The notes under the pieces are model-generated. The model was not told the DNA's origin. It did no database searches and saw only the letters and a program-made list of their open reading frames with translations. DNA of 54,613 nucleotides, counting the filler, from Jimgerdemannia flammicorona (lineage: Eukaryota), in NCBI GenBank assembly GCA_003990765.1. It is 3 parts of 3 records of this genome, joined end to end, with 100 filler letters (N's around TTAATTAATTAA, not from the genome) between each part and the next. Parts side by side here need not be neighbours in the genome. Positions count along the whole stretch, not along the records: positions 1 to 18,139 come from RBNJ01002290.1; 2 more parts are not named here. One strand, 5' to 3'. The translations under genes and the position numbers were made by a program. The number at the start of each line of letters is the position of its first letter. Position 1 is the first letter of the stretch. Of the stretch, positions 1 through 13,150 are shown piece by piece.

Positions 1-50
1 TTTTTTAACAGACTCATGTCCCGCGGATTTTTATTGGAAGGGAACCTAGA
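1..50 (-). repeat. Inverted copy of the 17561-17612 sequence (probable DNA transposon terminus; may continue left of the window)
   Basis: Reverse complement of 1-50 (tctaggttcccttccaataaaaatccgcgggacatgagtctgttaaaaaa) matches 17561-17612 (tctgggttcccttccaataaaaatccgcgggacatagagtctgtttaaaaaa) apart from one substitution and small indels. Confidence 0.8.
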
Positions 51-1145
51 CTATATAGGCCAAAACCCTCCCCCACTACTCACCAAGCACTGCCCCCCCA
101 TTAACCTAGGCTAGCTATTGTCCAGTAGCTCGACTATACCAGGTGCAGTAGGGCCAATAGGCCCATACCTCATTCTGCACACCATGCTCTCCCTACCACC
201 AGGGGAAACCCAACCATATGCCAACGACCGAAAGCCCATGTCTGAGAACCCAACGTATGTACAAGGCCACACCTGAGCTAAATAGAATAGCCCCTGCCAC
301 CCCAAAGAGAATGACAGGCAAATAAAAACCCCTCATCAAAGTACAACACAGTGGGTAGGGTCTGGTTCTCCCAGTTGAGGTGAGTAAAGGACTTACACAT
401 GAGGTGGGAGGAAATCCCCAATACCCCACTACTCAAGCCTGTGGGCCTCAATCATGTTGCTATGTCAGCTCCTGGTTCTAGTTGAGTGTAGCCAAGCACC
501 TGAAATAGATAGCCTCAGGCCTCCTGACCCCCCCTGATGACTGGGGCCCAACTCCGCTGACTGCCAAAAGAAGCCAATAGTGACACCTACCACCTAACCA
601 TGCTGCACCAATCAAAAGGCCCCACTGAAGCAGCACCTGCCCCAGCCCTGATGACCGCCCCCAGCCTGGTACCCTACTGGTTCACTGTTATTGCCCTTCC
701 ACCTATCTGTGATGGCCATCTCCCCTTCCATCCTGACAACACCCGAAAAGCAGTCACCTATGCTAGAACCACGCTCACCGGGAAGCTTGCCAAAGCCAGA
801 GGGCCCTACCACAGGCACTGAGAACCTGCAGGTAACCTACACTGAGCACTTGATGCCCAAGGTTGGCCGACTCCCTATGTAGCCCGAGACACACCGAGAC
901 AACACCTTGTTGGTGACGGCAAAAAGAAGAAGGCGCTACACCAAAACGGGTACACCCCAGATACAGCTGAAGGCACCAGAATCCGCAAAAAAGTGGAGGA
1001 AGCACTGATCTGACACCGATAAAGAGGCAACTCATCACCATTGCCCTCCTCCCACCATGCCCCTGCAGGCACAGCAAATCAATCTGAGGTAGAGGAAGTA
1101 ATAATAGGGGAAAGGAGACTTGGAAGATTGCCTACCAAACCTTGT

Positions 1146-1298
1146 AACTGGTAAGGTAGTGGAGAAAGGAGCTGCATATTGACTCAGCTTTGTATACTGT
1201 GACTTTGGTTTGACTCAGCTTCATGACTGAGCAGATGATTTCCAGATTTGTTCAGAGGTTGCATGTGATTTCAGTGGCTTGGAGGTTGTGCACTTACA
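1146..1298 (-). mobile_element. 5' portion of an LTR of the same family as the LTR starting at 40293
   Basis: Minus strand begins TGTAAGTGCACAACCTCCAAGCCAC and aligns with 40293-40490 (tataagtatacaacctccaagccac ... gaaatcacatgcaacctc ... aagctgagtcaaac). Confidence 0.75.
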
Positions 1299-1399
1299 TA
1301 CACTAATACTAAGCAAATTTTGAAATAGATTTATACTATCTCTAATATCAAACAAATTTTGAAATATTTACTTACTAGTACTAATATAATAAATTAGAG

Positions 1400-2170
1400 T
1401 ATTTGTTATTGAATAATATATCTTCAACTTAGTAATAGCTACAGTTAGTATCAGGTGAATAATATTTAGCTCTTTTGTATATTTTTAAATTTCTTGATCA
1501 TTATCCTTCAATATATCTATTAGAAAATTATAAATAAAAATAGCAGAATAAATTATTAGATGTTTATAATGAGCTGCAAGATCTATTGCTTGTTTAAAGC
1601 ACTTTAGTATACTAATAATATCTTTGAGCATCTATCAAGTATAGTCTTCTATAGTATATTTTTACAAATCTTTATCAGCTATAATTGTTAAGGGTTAAAG
1701 ACTATTAATAAATTAATTTATTAGATTATTTAAAGAAAAAACTAAAAAATAAAAAAATTAAATATAATATAATTAGCCTATCTCTAATAATTCTAAGACT
1801 TATTTAACTATTAAATATGTTGAATTTCATTAAGTTTTAATATCCAAAATAAGTTCTTTTGGATTGCAGACTCCAAAAGCTTTATATTATATAGTAAATC
1901 TCTCTCAATATTATAGTAATGACCAGATCTTAATAATAATTAATTGGAGCTTTAAAATTATTTCTCCAGAACTATCTTCACTCACATTATTATCAGCTTT
2001 TAAATAGACTAAAAAGTCCTGAACAGCCAAATTAATAATATGAGTCAAAAAGTATATATATTATATTAGCTAATAGTTGAGGCTGATTATTTGAAAAAAT
2101 ATAGTATTATTAGATATATATATTGTCTATTGTTATAGCTAATATATATCTAGAGTAAAAAATCAATAAT
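1400..2170 (-). pseudogene. hAT-superfamily transposase relic
   Basis: Minus-strand translation gives ILAITIDN..., THIINLAVQDFL and ELILDIKT**NSTYL, matching hAT motifs (TTDN, HxxNLAV, DVxTRWNSTY). Many stops. Confidence 0.7.
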
Positions 2171-2184
2171 TTGAATATAAGATA

Positions 2185-2312
2185 ACCTTTTTTTTGAAAA
2201 TCTGATCTTTTTCCTTTTTTGAAAATCTAACTATTTTTGAAAACCTGACCTTTTTTGAAAACTTAACCTTTTTAAAAATTTAATCTTTTTTAAAAATCTA
2301 ATCTTTTTGAAA
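2185..2312. repeat. Degenerate tandem array of a ~16-17 bp unit (tttttgaaaatctgacc-like)
   Basis: About seven imperfect copies are visible next to the hAT relic, as expected for subterminal repeats. Confidence 0.55.
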
Positions 2313-2490
2313 GGCTTGTTCTCTATATATCTTTATCTATATACCAAAATCTCAAACACAGTTTATAAAGATATCAGCAAGATTTTCACCCAAATAAGAT
2401 CCTAATAGCTTGATAAAATTAATCAATATATAGTTAAGTTTGCCAATTTTAATAAATCTAATATATATTAATTCCAAGAAATGTATATAT

Positions 2491-3930
2491 TGTAACAGTG
2501 ACCCCAGAATGATGACATCAGTATAGGAGACAGCCTTTCCTTACAAGTCACCAGATCAGAGCACAAAAAGATCTTACAGTATATAAGATAAGTAATGATG
2601 ACCAAGTGTGAGTCATTGTGACCATAGTTCAGATATCTTGAGGAATATGAAAGAAGGATCAAGAAACTACAGTAACAGCAACCAACAAGACCCACCAATC
2701 CCAAAATAGCTCAAAGACTTACTACAAATGAAATGCCTACCACTCACTAAACCTCAAGGTCAAGGAACTACCAAGACACCTTGGTTGAAGAAAGAATATT
2801 CCAAGATATCAGAAGATCTATGAGGGCCTACTCAAGAAGAACTCCTAGTGTCAACCTGGGTACTGGTAACTCTTATCACTATATCCTCTACTGCTATGAA
2901 ATGGAAACAAGGATCACTATTGCTACTGAATGCTTCCAAATATAGCAAGAGTACAAAATAGAAAACCTCCTTTGCTGGGAGTTCCCACAGGCCAGTACTT
3001 AAGAGCTACAAGATGTCACTCTTATAGATATACACGAAATTAGGACAGCTAAGAAGATCCATCAGATCTTCAGATATGTACCATAGTTAATCCCCAACTT
3101 GAAGTATGTTAGAGTCTCAGATTTCAGAGATCTGTTATCCTGTCATATCAATACACTAGAAGCCAGAGTGGCTATAGAAGCCCAGTCCACTATTACCCTC
3201 AAATAGTGATAAAGTAGAAGACTTCTGGCATCCTATTCTTCAGGACAACCCAGACCAATTCCTGTAAGGATTGATCTCAGTATTTCAAGGCCCAAGCATC
3301 TAGGTTAGACCTCCCCAAGACCCCACATTTGTTCTCTATTTTGTAGAAGAGAACCTCATAGATTAGAGAGCTCCTGATTTCCCTACCACTGAATGTGATG
3401 ATGTCATCAGCAATGATGTCATCCCATGCAACATATGCAAAGCACATGACCTTGATGAAATATTCACAGATCTCATCTCCTTCAGTAATGATGAGGATGA
3501 AGCCCCTATGGTCTTGAACATTCTGCTCTAATTCTGAGATAACATAGAATTATTCTAGTACTAGTATTCTAATATAACACCGAATTATACCAGCATTCTG
3601 AACCTGTACAACTATCAGTGCCAACTCTGAAACTTAGCAGTTTTTTCTGTCCTGGTATTTTATTTTAGTTATTGGAATTTATATTTAGCTTTATTTCTTA
3701 GCAATCATTGAATTATATTTTGTATAAATACTCCTCTTATTTCTTCTGAAATAAAGTTAGTTTCTCTCAGTACAATATATACACTTCCTTGCAAGCAATC
3801 TAAGAGATAACAAGACAGTTAAAGATAAGAAGTTTGAGGACTATAAGACCTTGGAAAGGCACTTCAATAAGAACTTGCTTATAACAAACTTGAGTTAGTC
3901 TAAGAGATATACCTTGAAGAGAATCTGACA
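2491..3930 (+). mobile_element. Long (~1.4 kb) LTR-like unit, probably a solo LTR, containing a decayed ORF
   Basis: TGTAAC...TGACA ends, TATAAA at ~3723, flanks tatat/tattt. A second copy begins at 12766. Confidence 0.6.
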
Positions 3931-4110
3931 TATTTAAAGGACTCAGTGACCACTACATGATAATATATTGAATAATATCCATATATCAATAGTGAAGAAT
4001 ATTTGACCAAATATATTCTATTTCCAAATAAATAAATCAAAATAAGGTTAATTTAAAGTTATTTAACTTTGAAATACTTAAATTCATATTCAATATTAAA
4101 ATATTAAATT

Positions 4111-4330
4111 TTATTTATAGTATAATTTTAATAGCATTATATTTTCATTAAAAGACCAGTCTAATTTCATTTTATATAGTTTTAGCAGAAGGAATAGTAA
4201 TGTCTAGTTTCAGAAGACAAAAAAGATCTTTTAGCTCTAAATTCTCAACAACTATAAAAGACTAACTGTTATGGATAATTCAGTAAATAAGTTTGTCTTA
4301 AAATAACTTTACAGAGAATCTTGGCTATTT
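4111..4330 (+). repeat. Dispersed direct repeat, copy 1 (copy 2 at ~11379-11577)
   Basis: Shared blocks such as aatttcattttatatagtttta, agtttcagaaga.aaaaagatct, attctcaa.aactataaaag and agagaatctt.gctattt. Confidence 0.75.
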
Positions 4331-4819
4331 AGAGAATTATAAAATAGCAATAAATTAATAATAAGAATAATAAGAAAAGAAAAAAAAGCAGACAAGTTAT
4401 ATAAAAACTATATTTTTGAAAAAAAAAAAAAATGACTCTATTGCTCTTATTTGACAACTTTTATAAAATTTGTCAAAATGTATCTATAAATTTTTTATTG
4501 AGCCACCAATAGCCTTATACAATATCTTATAGTAGTTATATTTGATTCCAATATCTCTATTTTCCTTAAGCTACTTTATAAACTTCTTTCAAATATCAGA
4601 TCACTTTTATACTTTTCTTTTTTCTTTCTCAGATGAGATTATACTTATTAAAGCTAGACTTATTGAAGCTAGACTTGTTGAAGCTATATCTAATACTGAG
4701 GCTATTATCATAGTATGTATTCTTAATAGAGGGTGTAAAAGATATATCTGATATGATTACTTTAGGAGAGTATATATATATATATATATTATAAGTTATA
4801 TCACATGTATTTGGAATTA

Positions 4820-4968
4820 TTAAATTTAGGTTTGAATTCAAATTTTAAATTTAAACTTCAAATCAAATTTCAAATTTAATGTATTAAATTGTGACTTGAT
4901 TTAATTCAAATTAAATTTAAATTGATTTGAATTGAATTAGCTCTCAATTTGATTCATTCTGAGCACTA
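4820..4968. repeat. hAT-like terminal fragment with AT-rich subterminal repeats
   Basis: Repeated (aa)ttcaaattt units ending in ...ctgagcacta, similar to the end of the MITE at 40504-41086 (ggagtacta; left TIR tagtgctcc). Confidence 0.4.
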
Positions 4969-5439
4969 TTTCAGACAAATCAATCATTATCTTTATTGAT
5001 GATTTTGAGCAATATATTACTATAAAGACTCTGACAGTAAGACAGCAAGTAGCCCTTATGTCCTTCAATCTCTGAGGTCTAGCAAGAGTAGTATTTATAG
5101 CTGTAACCTATATAGAAAATGATGATAATACCATACTGACAGTACAGAAGGTCTGGCTTTGAGCCACTTACTATACAAATGAGATTAAGTAAACTCTGAA
5201 GAATTAGCTCAATATAATATATCAAGGAATAAGTGAGAATTCAAACATATTTTGTACTAGAATCTAATATCAGATAATATTTACAGATTATACTAATACT
5301 ATCTGAGACTAAGTAGTTGAAGTAATCTTTATGAAGAGAGTTTACTCAGAGATAGCTATAGTTATCTACTCATTACTAATAGTTCTGGATCTAGTATAAA
5401 AGATCACCTATATCCAGTAATACTAGATAGTCAGACATC

Positions 5440-5767
5440 TAGAGATCTTAAATAGCTGGCCATATAGCTAATAACTAGTCAGAGTAGCTTGATCTTAAAT
5501 TTATAAATTAGCTAGTTGGCTAAGTAACTAGATCTTATTTAGCTATTTTAATTTCCAAATTTTCCAAATTAAATAAAAGGTCCATAAATATCACTTAATT
5601 AGTTAGCTATAAATTTAAGAAGACAGAGTAGCTCAACCTTAAATTTATAGATTAACTAGCTGGTCAGGCTCAATTTAAGGCTGAGTCACTTGACCAGTTG
5701 GCTATAATTTAAGGCCAAGTCACCCTGACCAGCCATTGGCCATATGGCCAGCTATCTGGGATCTCTA
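5440..5767. mobile_element. hAT-type MITE (328 bp) inserted in gypsy gag
   Basis: TIRs tagagatc..a.atagctggccatat / atatggccagctat.t..gatctcta. 8-bp TSD cagacatc (5432-5439) / cagatatc (5768-5775). Confidence 0.85.
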
Positions 5768-7314
5768 CAGATATCTACAAGACTATATAATAAAAAGAGT
5801 TACTGGAGTTAGAATTGAAGTACCTAAGACAACTAGTATAATCTCTATTATAGTAATTAATTGAAACACACTTCAGCCAAGAGCTACTGAATAGCAGAAA
5901 AACAATGACTCTATGGAGAAACTAGCCAAAACATTTATTAAAATGACCACTTATCTGGAAGATATGGTAAAAGAAATCAGAGAAAGAGACTATTGCCTAA
6001 TTCAAAAGTTTACCACTACCTTAAACAAGAAGAAAGGTACCTGCTATATCTGTGGAGAAGAAAGCTACTACTTATATAAATGTATAAGTAAAACTAAGCA
6101 TAAGGCTCAGCTGAGCAATACTACTTGAAATAGAGAACAGACTAATACTATTATCTTTGAAGAAATCAGAGAGTCTAATGAAGAAGAATGAGAGACCTAT
6201 CCTATATAGACTAGTAAGATAAGAAACCCTACAAGAGACTACTAGAGAGATCCAAGAAGAACTCTATAGAAAAACAAATAGAAACTACTACAGAAAGCCA
6301 AGCTAAAGAAATAGATTAAGATATAGAATTGGAACAGACTGTCTAAGAAATCATTCAAGGAACTACTCTAGCCAGTGAGGGAGAAAAGGAGAAGAAGTTT
6401 TACAAAATCAAGAACTTTAAGTATGATACCTTCAAGGATCTCAACCAATAAAAGATCAATGCAACCTTTGGCCAGCTAGCAGAAATACTCACATTTAGAT
6501 AACAAATGAGATATGAACTTGCAGAAACAATCAAAAAGTAAGGTTGAAAGATAACTGAGACTAATAATGTTCAAGAAGACTCAGGAGAAGAAAGTGAAGA
6601 CAATCACAAGACCTCTGTTTATACAACTTGTCAAATTGAAGATAGAGTCTTCAAAGCCATCATTGATATAGGAGTAGAAATATATCTTCTCAGTAAGAAG
6701 ACAGCAGACTGCCTAGGCTGAGAGGTTGAAGAAATAACTTAGCTAATATTCATCACAGCAGATAATATAAGAGCCACACCTCTGAGAAAGATCTAAGATA
6801 TTTTCATCAAGTTTGGAAGAGCAACCATCTCAGTAGATATGATCATAACTAATACTACTAACTATAACATCCTTATCAGTAACCAATGGCTTTATAAAGC
6901 CAAGACAATAATCAATCTGAATATCTAAAAGATACAGATTATCTATCAAGGACAGAAGATATAAATTTCTGTCAATGTTAACAAAGAAGTACTTTCTGAA
7001 ATAGAGAAAGAAAAATATGAGTAAGAGGAGGCCTACATGGTGACCACTTAGAAAAAGAAGAAGAAAGTTAGATAGATAAGTAAAGAAGAATAGTATAAGA
7101 AAATCATAGAAGAATATATACTACAAGAAGTCTGCCCCTACAGAATCAAGATATACTATATGGAGTATATTAATGATTTTTATCAGTATACCAGTGGAAT
7201 TAAGAAGATCTACTATGACAGAAGGCTCTTGAGAAACAGGCAAGAGAAGAGAAGAAGAAGAAAGAGGATGATGAACTACTAGCCCTCTTAGAGAATAGTA
7301 ATAATGAAGAAGAA

Positions 7315-7735
7315 ATCAAGGTCAAGATTTAGAAAATTCACCCTAATATAGTCTTATCAGAATATAAGTCAGAGAATATAGCTAGAATGAATATTGCTAT
7401 AGTAGAAGAAACTATACTTGAACCCCAGACAACTACCCTACTCACAACTAGTCTGAAGGTAACTATTCCAAAAGACTATGTCAGAATTTACAAAATAAGA
7501 AGTAGTCTGGCCAAAAGTGAGATTACTATTGAAGAAGAAGTTATCAATTCAGATTATATTAGAAAAATACTACTTATTACCAGAAACTACAATTCTACAA
7601 TTCTATTTTTAATTAAGAAGAAGAACTAACTAATACAGATATTAATCTTCCCAGTTTTTCAGCCAAAGATTATAGAAGTCAAGAAGTTAGAGAAAACAGA
7701 GAGAGAAAAGAAATTCAGATCTACAGAAAGAGGAG
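7315..7735 (+). pseudogene. Retrotransposon dUTPase relic (between protease and RT)
   Basis: RSSLAK, VINSDY (from VIDSDY) and TEREKKFRST (from TERGEKGFGST) are dUTPase motifs II, III and V in eroded form. Confidence 0.8.
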
Positions 7736-10700
7736 TATTTATAAGTACTAAGATAACCAAACTGGACCACAAGAAGGAGCAAACTACAAACAGGCATAAC
7801 TATATTATTAGAAATGAATTCTTACTTAAAAAGGAACTCAAGAAGATACTTTATAAACTTAAGAATATTCTGATCACAGATTTCAAAGATATCAAAGAAA
7901 AGACACTACACTACTACTATAATATAATATAGGAGATACTGAACCAATCTACCAAAAGGCAAGATCAATTCCACTAGTCTACTGTAAATAGTTCAGAAAA
8001 GAAATCAAGCAGATAGAAGAAGCTAGTATCATCAAAGAAGCCAGTAGTCCTTGAGCTTTACCAGTTGTACTAGTTCTAAAGAAAGAAAGCAAATTAGAAG
8101 AATTCACTTCAAGGCTCTATACTAATTACAGGAAGCTCAATCTGGTTACCAAGAAGGATCACTAATCACTACCCCTCATCAGTGACATTCTTATAATTCT
8201 GAGAGATAAAACACAGTATTATAGTACTTTAGATTTATACTCAGAATTCTATCAAATTAGTCTCACAGAAGCAGTAAGTGAGAAGTCAGTCTTTATCACT
8301 TTAGATAAAACCCATGTCTATCTGTGAATACTATTTGGAATATATAATATATCAGTAAACTTTCAGCAAATGATGAACAAAATCTTCTACTATGATATAG
8401 GAAGATAGATAATAGTTTATATAGATAATATAATTATCTATAGCAAGATACCAGAGAAATATCTATAATATATTCAGTATAATAGAAAAGCTAAGAAAGT
8501 ATGATCTATATATCAAGCTCAAGAAGTATAAGTTTGCAGAAATCAAGATCTTCTACCTTGGTCATATCATTAACTGAGATAGAATATACACAGACCCTCT
8601 CAAGATTCAAGCAGTAGTAGTATATTTAAGACTCACTATGGTTACTGAAGTCTAAAATTTCATGAGACTTACCTCATACTATTATAGATTTATTAGAGGA
8701 TTCTCCAATATTACAGACCCAATTCATCTCAATAAGAAGAATATTAAGTTCTAATATACTAGTAGATAACAAAAAGTATTTTATGAGCTCAAGATTAGGC
8801 TGATCTGAGCATCCATCCTCAGAAGACCTGATTGGATCCAAGAATTCATTCTGCAAATAGATACAAGTATGTAAGAACTAAGAGCAGTCCTGGCTTAAAA
8901 GAAAGATAAAGTAGAGTATATCATTATATATCTCAGCAGAGAAATCTGAGAGACTGAAAAAGAATATAAATCCTATAAGTTAGAATATCTCACAGTTATT
9001 TAGACTATAGAAAAGTTCTACTACTATCTCACCAGAAGACACTTCACCATCCAGACAGACTACTCAGCTCTCACTTAGCTACTGATCATGGGGCAACCTA
9101 AAGGAATTGATGTCAGATAGATTATAAAGTTGCAGGTCTATGATATAACCATTATATACTACTCTAGAAGAACTAATACAAATATAGATACTCTTTTACA
9201 GATAACCCAAAGGACCTCTAACCAATAAATCAACAATAAATAAAGAGCTTTACTATAGAATTATTACCTATCTGAGACAGTGAAAGATGCCCCAATATCT
9301 AGAAAAATGAACACAGATGATTATCAATAGAATATAGAAATAATTCAAAACTAATAGAGAAATATTAAAGAAAGAAAAGCTACTAGTCATATATATCTAA
9401 ATACAAGAAAAAGCAAACAATGAAATTAATATATAAACTTGGCCATCTAGAAGGAATGAATATCTATAAAAAAGCAAAAAGAATAATATGGTAGCCAGAA
9501 TAGAGAAAGATATCAGATAATTTATTAAGATCTGTATCAAATATCAAAAATAGAAATAAGACTAACAAAATTAGACCTCAGGTTTAGTATATATAGAACT
9601 AGTACTCTTTGTATATATAACAATAGGCTCTACCCTTGACTTTGACTGACAACTGATATATTATTGTTATTATAGACCTTTTTACAAAATAAATAGAGGC
9701 AGGATCTCAATGTACAGTCAATTACCAATTTCTTTTATAAAGAAATTATTTGCTGATTTAAGACCCCAACACAAGTAACTATAGATAGAGAAACAGAATT
9801 CATAAACCAGTTTTTTGAAGTTCTTTATAAGAAGTATAAGATCTAGTACATTTGGACTATAGTCTATTACTCTCAAGGAAATAGACAAGCAGAAAGAACC
9901 AATAAGACTTTTAAGAATATTGTTGTCAAAATCTATAATAACTATGAAAACTGGGACTATTATCTATCAATAGTATTATCTGCTCTCCAGAATATCTAAT
10001 CACAAAGCACCTATTTTACTCCTTGTGAAATACTATTTGGAGAAGAAAGTTCTTAAGAAACTCTATTATTCAATAGAGATACTATATGGAAATATAGAGA
10101 TATAAAGATATGAAGACTATACTAAATCAGAAAGAAGACCAAAGATTACATAACTAAGATATAGATACTATAATGGAATAATGTAAAAAAGATTCACAAG
10201 TCTCTAGAGATTATCAAGATAGGAGATAAAGTTCTAATATATTAAAATATAATAGAAGCTTATAGTTATGAAAATTAGAGTTTAAGTAGGAAGAACCTTA
10301 TTTTGTGCAAGATATAAAGAAACCACCTTTTAGTTATAAAAACTCTCAGATATAATTATCTCTACTACTATTAACCAAAATTAACTTAAGAAGTATCATA
10401 GCTAATTAACAGAGTACTACCACAGCCCTCAAGATTACTAGTACTACATAATGAGCTATAGAAAGACAATAGTATACTACTGAGCCACCTATAATAGAGG
10501 AATCCTTTGATAGTATCTAGAGTATAGTATAGATATACTTATTACAAATTTCACATTTCAAGACCTACCAGAACTGGACTGAGTTTCAAGAATACTTCAA
10601 GTTAGAACAGCTACTGAACTTATAGCTAGAGATGGAAAAAGAAGACTAGATTAGAGAGTACTAACTCTCTTATACTTAAATCACTATCACCAAATAGATT

Positions 10701-11378
10701 AACAAGTTGTTTAAAGATAATGAGTCAGTTCTAACTCATTTCTGAAAAGTAGTCTCAGAAGACTTTAGATATATCAAGAGATATCATTAGGAGAATATAA
10801 TAATATAAATTATATAGTATAAGGAGATATAACTTATGGAAGCTTGGGAGTTTATTCAGGAAAAAGTTGTGATAGTTGATCTGAATTAGGAATATGAATT
10901 AGAGAAATAGACATTTGATCATAGTATCTAAATCTAATTTCCAATATAGTATAGTCTTATAAATAGTAATTATTTTACAAATATAGAAACTTTGACAAAT
11001 ATTAAAGTTTTCACAAATGTTGAGATTTTACAGATGTTAAATCTTGATAATTATCAAGATTTAATAGATATCAAGAATTAATACTTATGAAAAGTATCTT
11101 ACAGGAAATATAGTTATAACTTAGCTATCTTATAGCTAGCAAACTTGTATAAATATCTCCAGTATCTAAAGTAAATAAACCTCAGATCAAAATAGTTTAA
11201 AACAAAGAGAAAGCAAGAGAACTAGTAAGCCTACAGGTAGATATACTTTGAACTCATCTACTGTATCTCAAGGACTCTATAGAGTCAAAGAAGATTAAGT
11301 TTTTAAGATATAGAAATCTAATGTACTTATCTAGTTATATATTCACTATATTATATTATATATAAATTATATTTAATC

Positions 11379-11577
11379 TTATCTATAGTATAATTTTAAC
11401 TCTATTAAAAGTCTAGTTTAATTTCATTTTATATAGTTTTATAGTAATGTTCAGTTTCAGAAGATAAAAAAGATCTCTCAGATCTAGATTCTCAATAACT
11501 ATAAAAGTCTAACTATTATAGATAATTTAGCAAATAAGCTTTTCTTGAAATAATTTTATAGAGAATCTTAGCTATTT
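11379..11577 (+). repeat. Dispersed direct repeat, copy 2
   Basis: Aligns with 4111-4330. Confidence 0.75.
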
Positions 11578-11609
11578 AATAGAAAAAGAAATATCAATTA
11601 GTAATGAAT

Positions 11610-12480
11610 TTGTTGGGATGATAACTCAATATATCAATATATGACTTATACTATTCTATCAGATTTATATCATTCATTAATAATATGTAAAATATATGAC
11701 CTACTTAACTTTAATAAAGTGTCTCTCTTTTTATTATAAAAGTTATAAGCTCTGCTAGCTCTAAGTGGCAATAGTAATAAATATACCTCTTTAAAATACA
11801 CTATGCTAAAAATATCAGATGACTAGCCTAGTAATATAAGTGTAGAAATAGATATACCAATTATGAGTATTTCTACAAGTGTAATTACAACAATAACAGG
11901 TATAAAAAATACAAACACAGTCCCAGTTATAAGCATAAATATAACTAAGATATTCATCCTGATCTTTAATAGGAAAGATTATATAATCTAGATATTCTAT
12001 ATAATGAATCTTTTTAACAAATATAGCTTAGCAGAGTATATTAAGCTATAAGTACTGATTCAAGATTATGATAGTGCAAATGATCATTGAGTATTATGTA
12101 AGATCATATTTATATTATTGAATTCTCAAATAAAGCTCATAATATATACAATAACTACTTATGAGATATGAGAGACTTTATATAATAATTATATATAAAT
12201 ATCTATTTCAAATTGATTCTATCTGAAATCTCAGCTATTCAATCTATGAATAAAGCCAAAGAAGATGATTTATAAACATGTCAGTTATGTTAATAATCTA
12301 GTAAATTAGGTGAATTCACTAAGTATATCAGCATAATATATAAGTGATGAAGACAAGATCTTGACTCTTATAAGAAATCTCTCTGAAGAATAGCAAACTC
12401 ATAGATTATGTTTATATAATAATAAGTCTCATGAATAAGAAAATATATTAAAGAAATAATACCACTAATGATGATGAAAA
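11610..12480 (+). mobile_element. Ty1/copia 5' fragment: short LTR, eroded PBS, gag relic
   Basis: LTR (~11610-11736) is homologous to 50796-50894. It is followed by agttataagctc (eroded ggttatgagccc). Gag-like FNRKDY and ISDEDKILTLIRNLSEE. Confidence 0.65.
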
Positions 12481-12765
12481 TATATTCTATAGATTGTATA
12501 GATGTGCTACTAAATAAGGTCAAAAGTATAGACAACAAGGCTTAGAAATTCTCTTTTGATACTAGGACCTTACTAAAATATTTTTGTCTTCTCTTAATAC
12601 TAAATATCTTATCTTAGCTAGTTATAGAACCTTTTGGAATATTGTTGAATTTTATTAGTCATCTTTATAAAAAACTACTTTTTTTGACTTTTTTTATTTT
12701 ATTTTTAAGATTCTTCTAGATCTTTTTTTTCAGATCTTATATAAATATCCTCTTTTTTTACTTAA

Positions 12766-13150
12766 TGTAACAGTGATCTCAGAATGATGATATTAGCATA
12801 GGAGATAGTCTTTTCTTATAAGCCATTAGATCAAAGTACAAGAAGATTATATAGCATGACTTATCCAGACTACAAGATGAGCAATAGTAACCAACTATAA
12901 GTCATTGTGACCATAAGACAGACATCTCAAGGAATATAAAAAAAGGATCAAGAAACTGCAGTAGTAATAATTCAAATAAAGTTTACAGAAATAGTTCTAA
13001 AGACTTACTATAAACAAAATGCCTCTGTTTGCCAAACCTCAAGGTCTAGGAACCACCAAGGTCTCTTAGTCCAGGAAAGAATATTCCAAGACATCAGGAG
13101 AGCTATGGGGATCTATACAAGAAGGACTTCTAGTATGTATCAACCTGAGT
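12766..13150 (+). mobile_element. 3'-truncated copy of the 2491-3930 LTR-like unit
   Basis: tgtaacagtga.c.cagaatgatga.at... aligns with 2491-2860 and stops abruptly where CpG-rich DNA starts. Confidence 0.85.

Larger units (their letters stand above)
4969..11280 (+). mobile_element. Heavily mutated Ty3/gypsy element: gag-zinc knuckle, protease, Cys/His module, dUTPase, RT, RNase H, integrase, extra 3' relic ORF
   Basis: CYICGEESYYLYKC knuckle (~6040), AIIDIG protease (~6660), dUTPase (~7315-7735), RT (SSP*ALPVVLV, DLYSEFYQI, VYIDNIII ~8030-8450), RNase H (~8850-9200), integrase (TIDRETEF, QGNRQAERTNKT ~9780-9910). Riddled with stops. Confidence 0.9.

Noticed and set aside
51..1145. GC-rich CpG-poor stretch with short ORFs
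   Set aside because: Probably a TE-derived relic, but no recognisable domain or termini, so left unassigned.
2185..2312. CRISPR-like or other prokaryotic arrays (also 10975-11085)
   Set aside because: Degenerate tandem units without unique spacers, no cas genes, and a eukaryotic intron-containing context.
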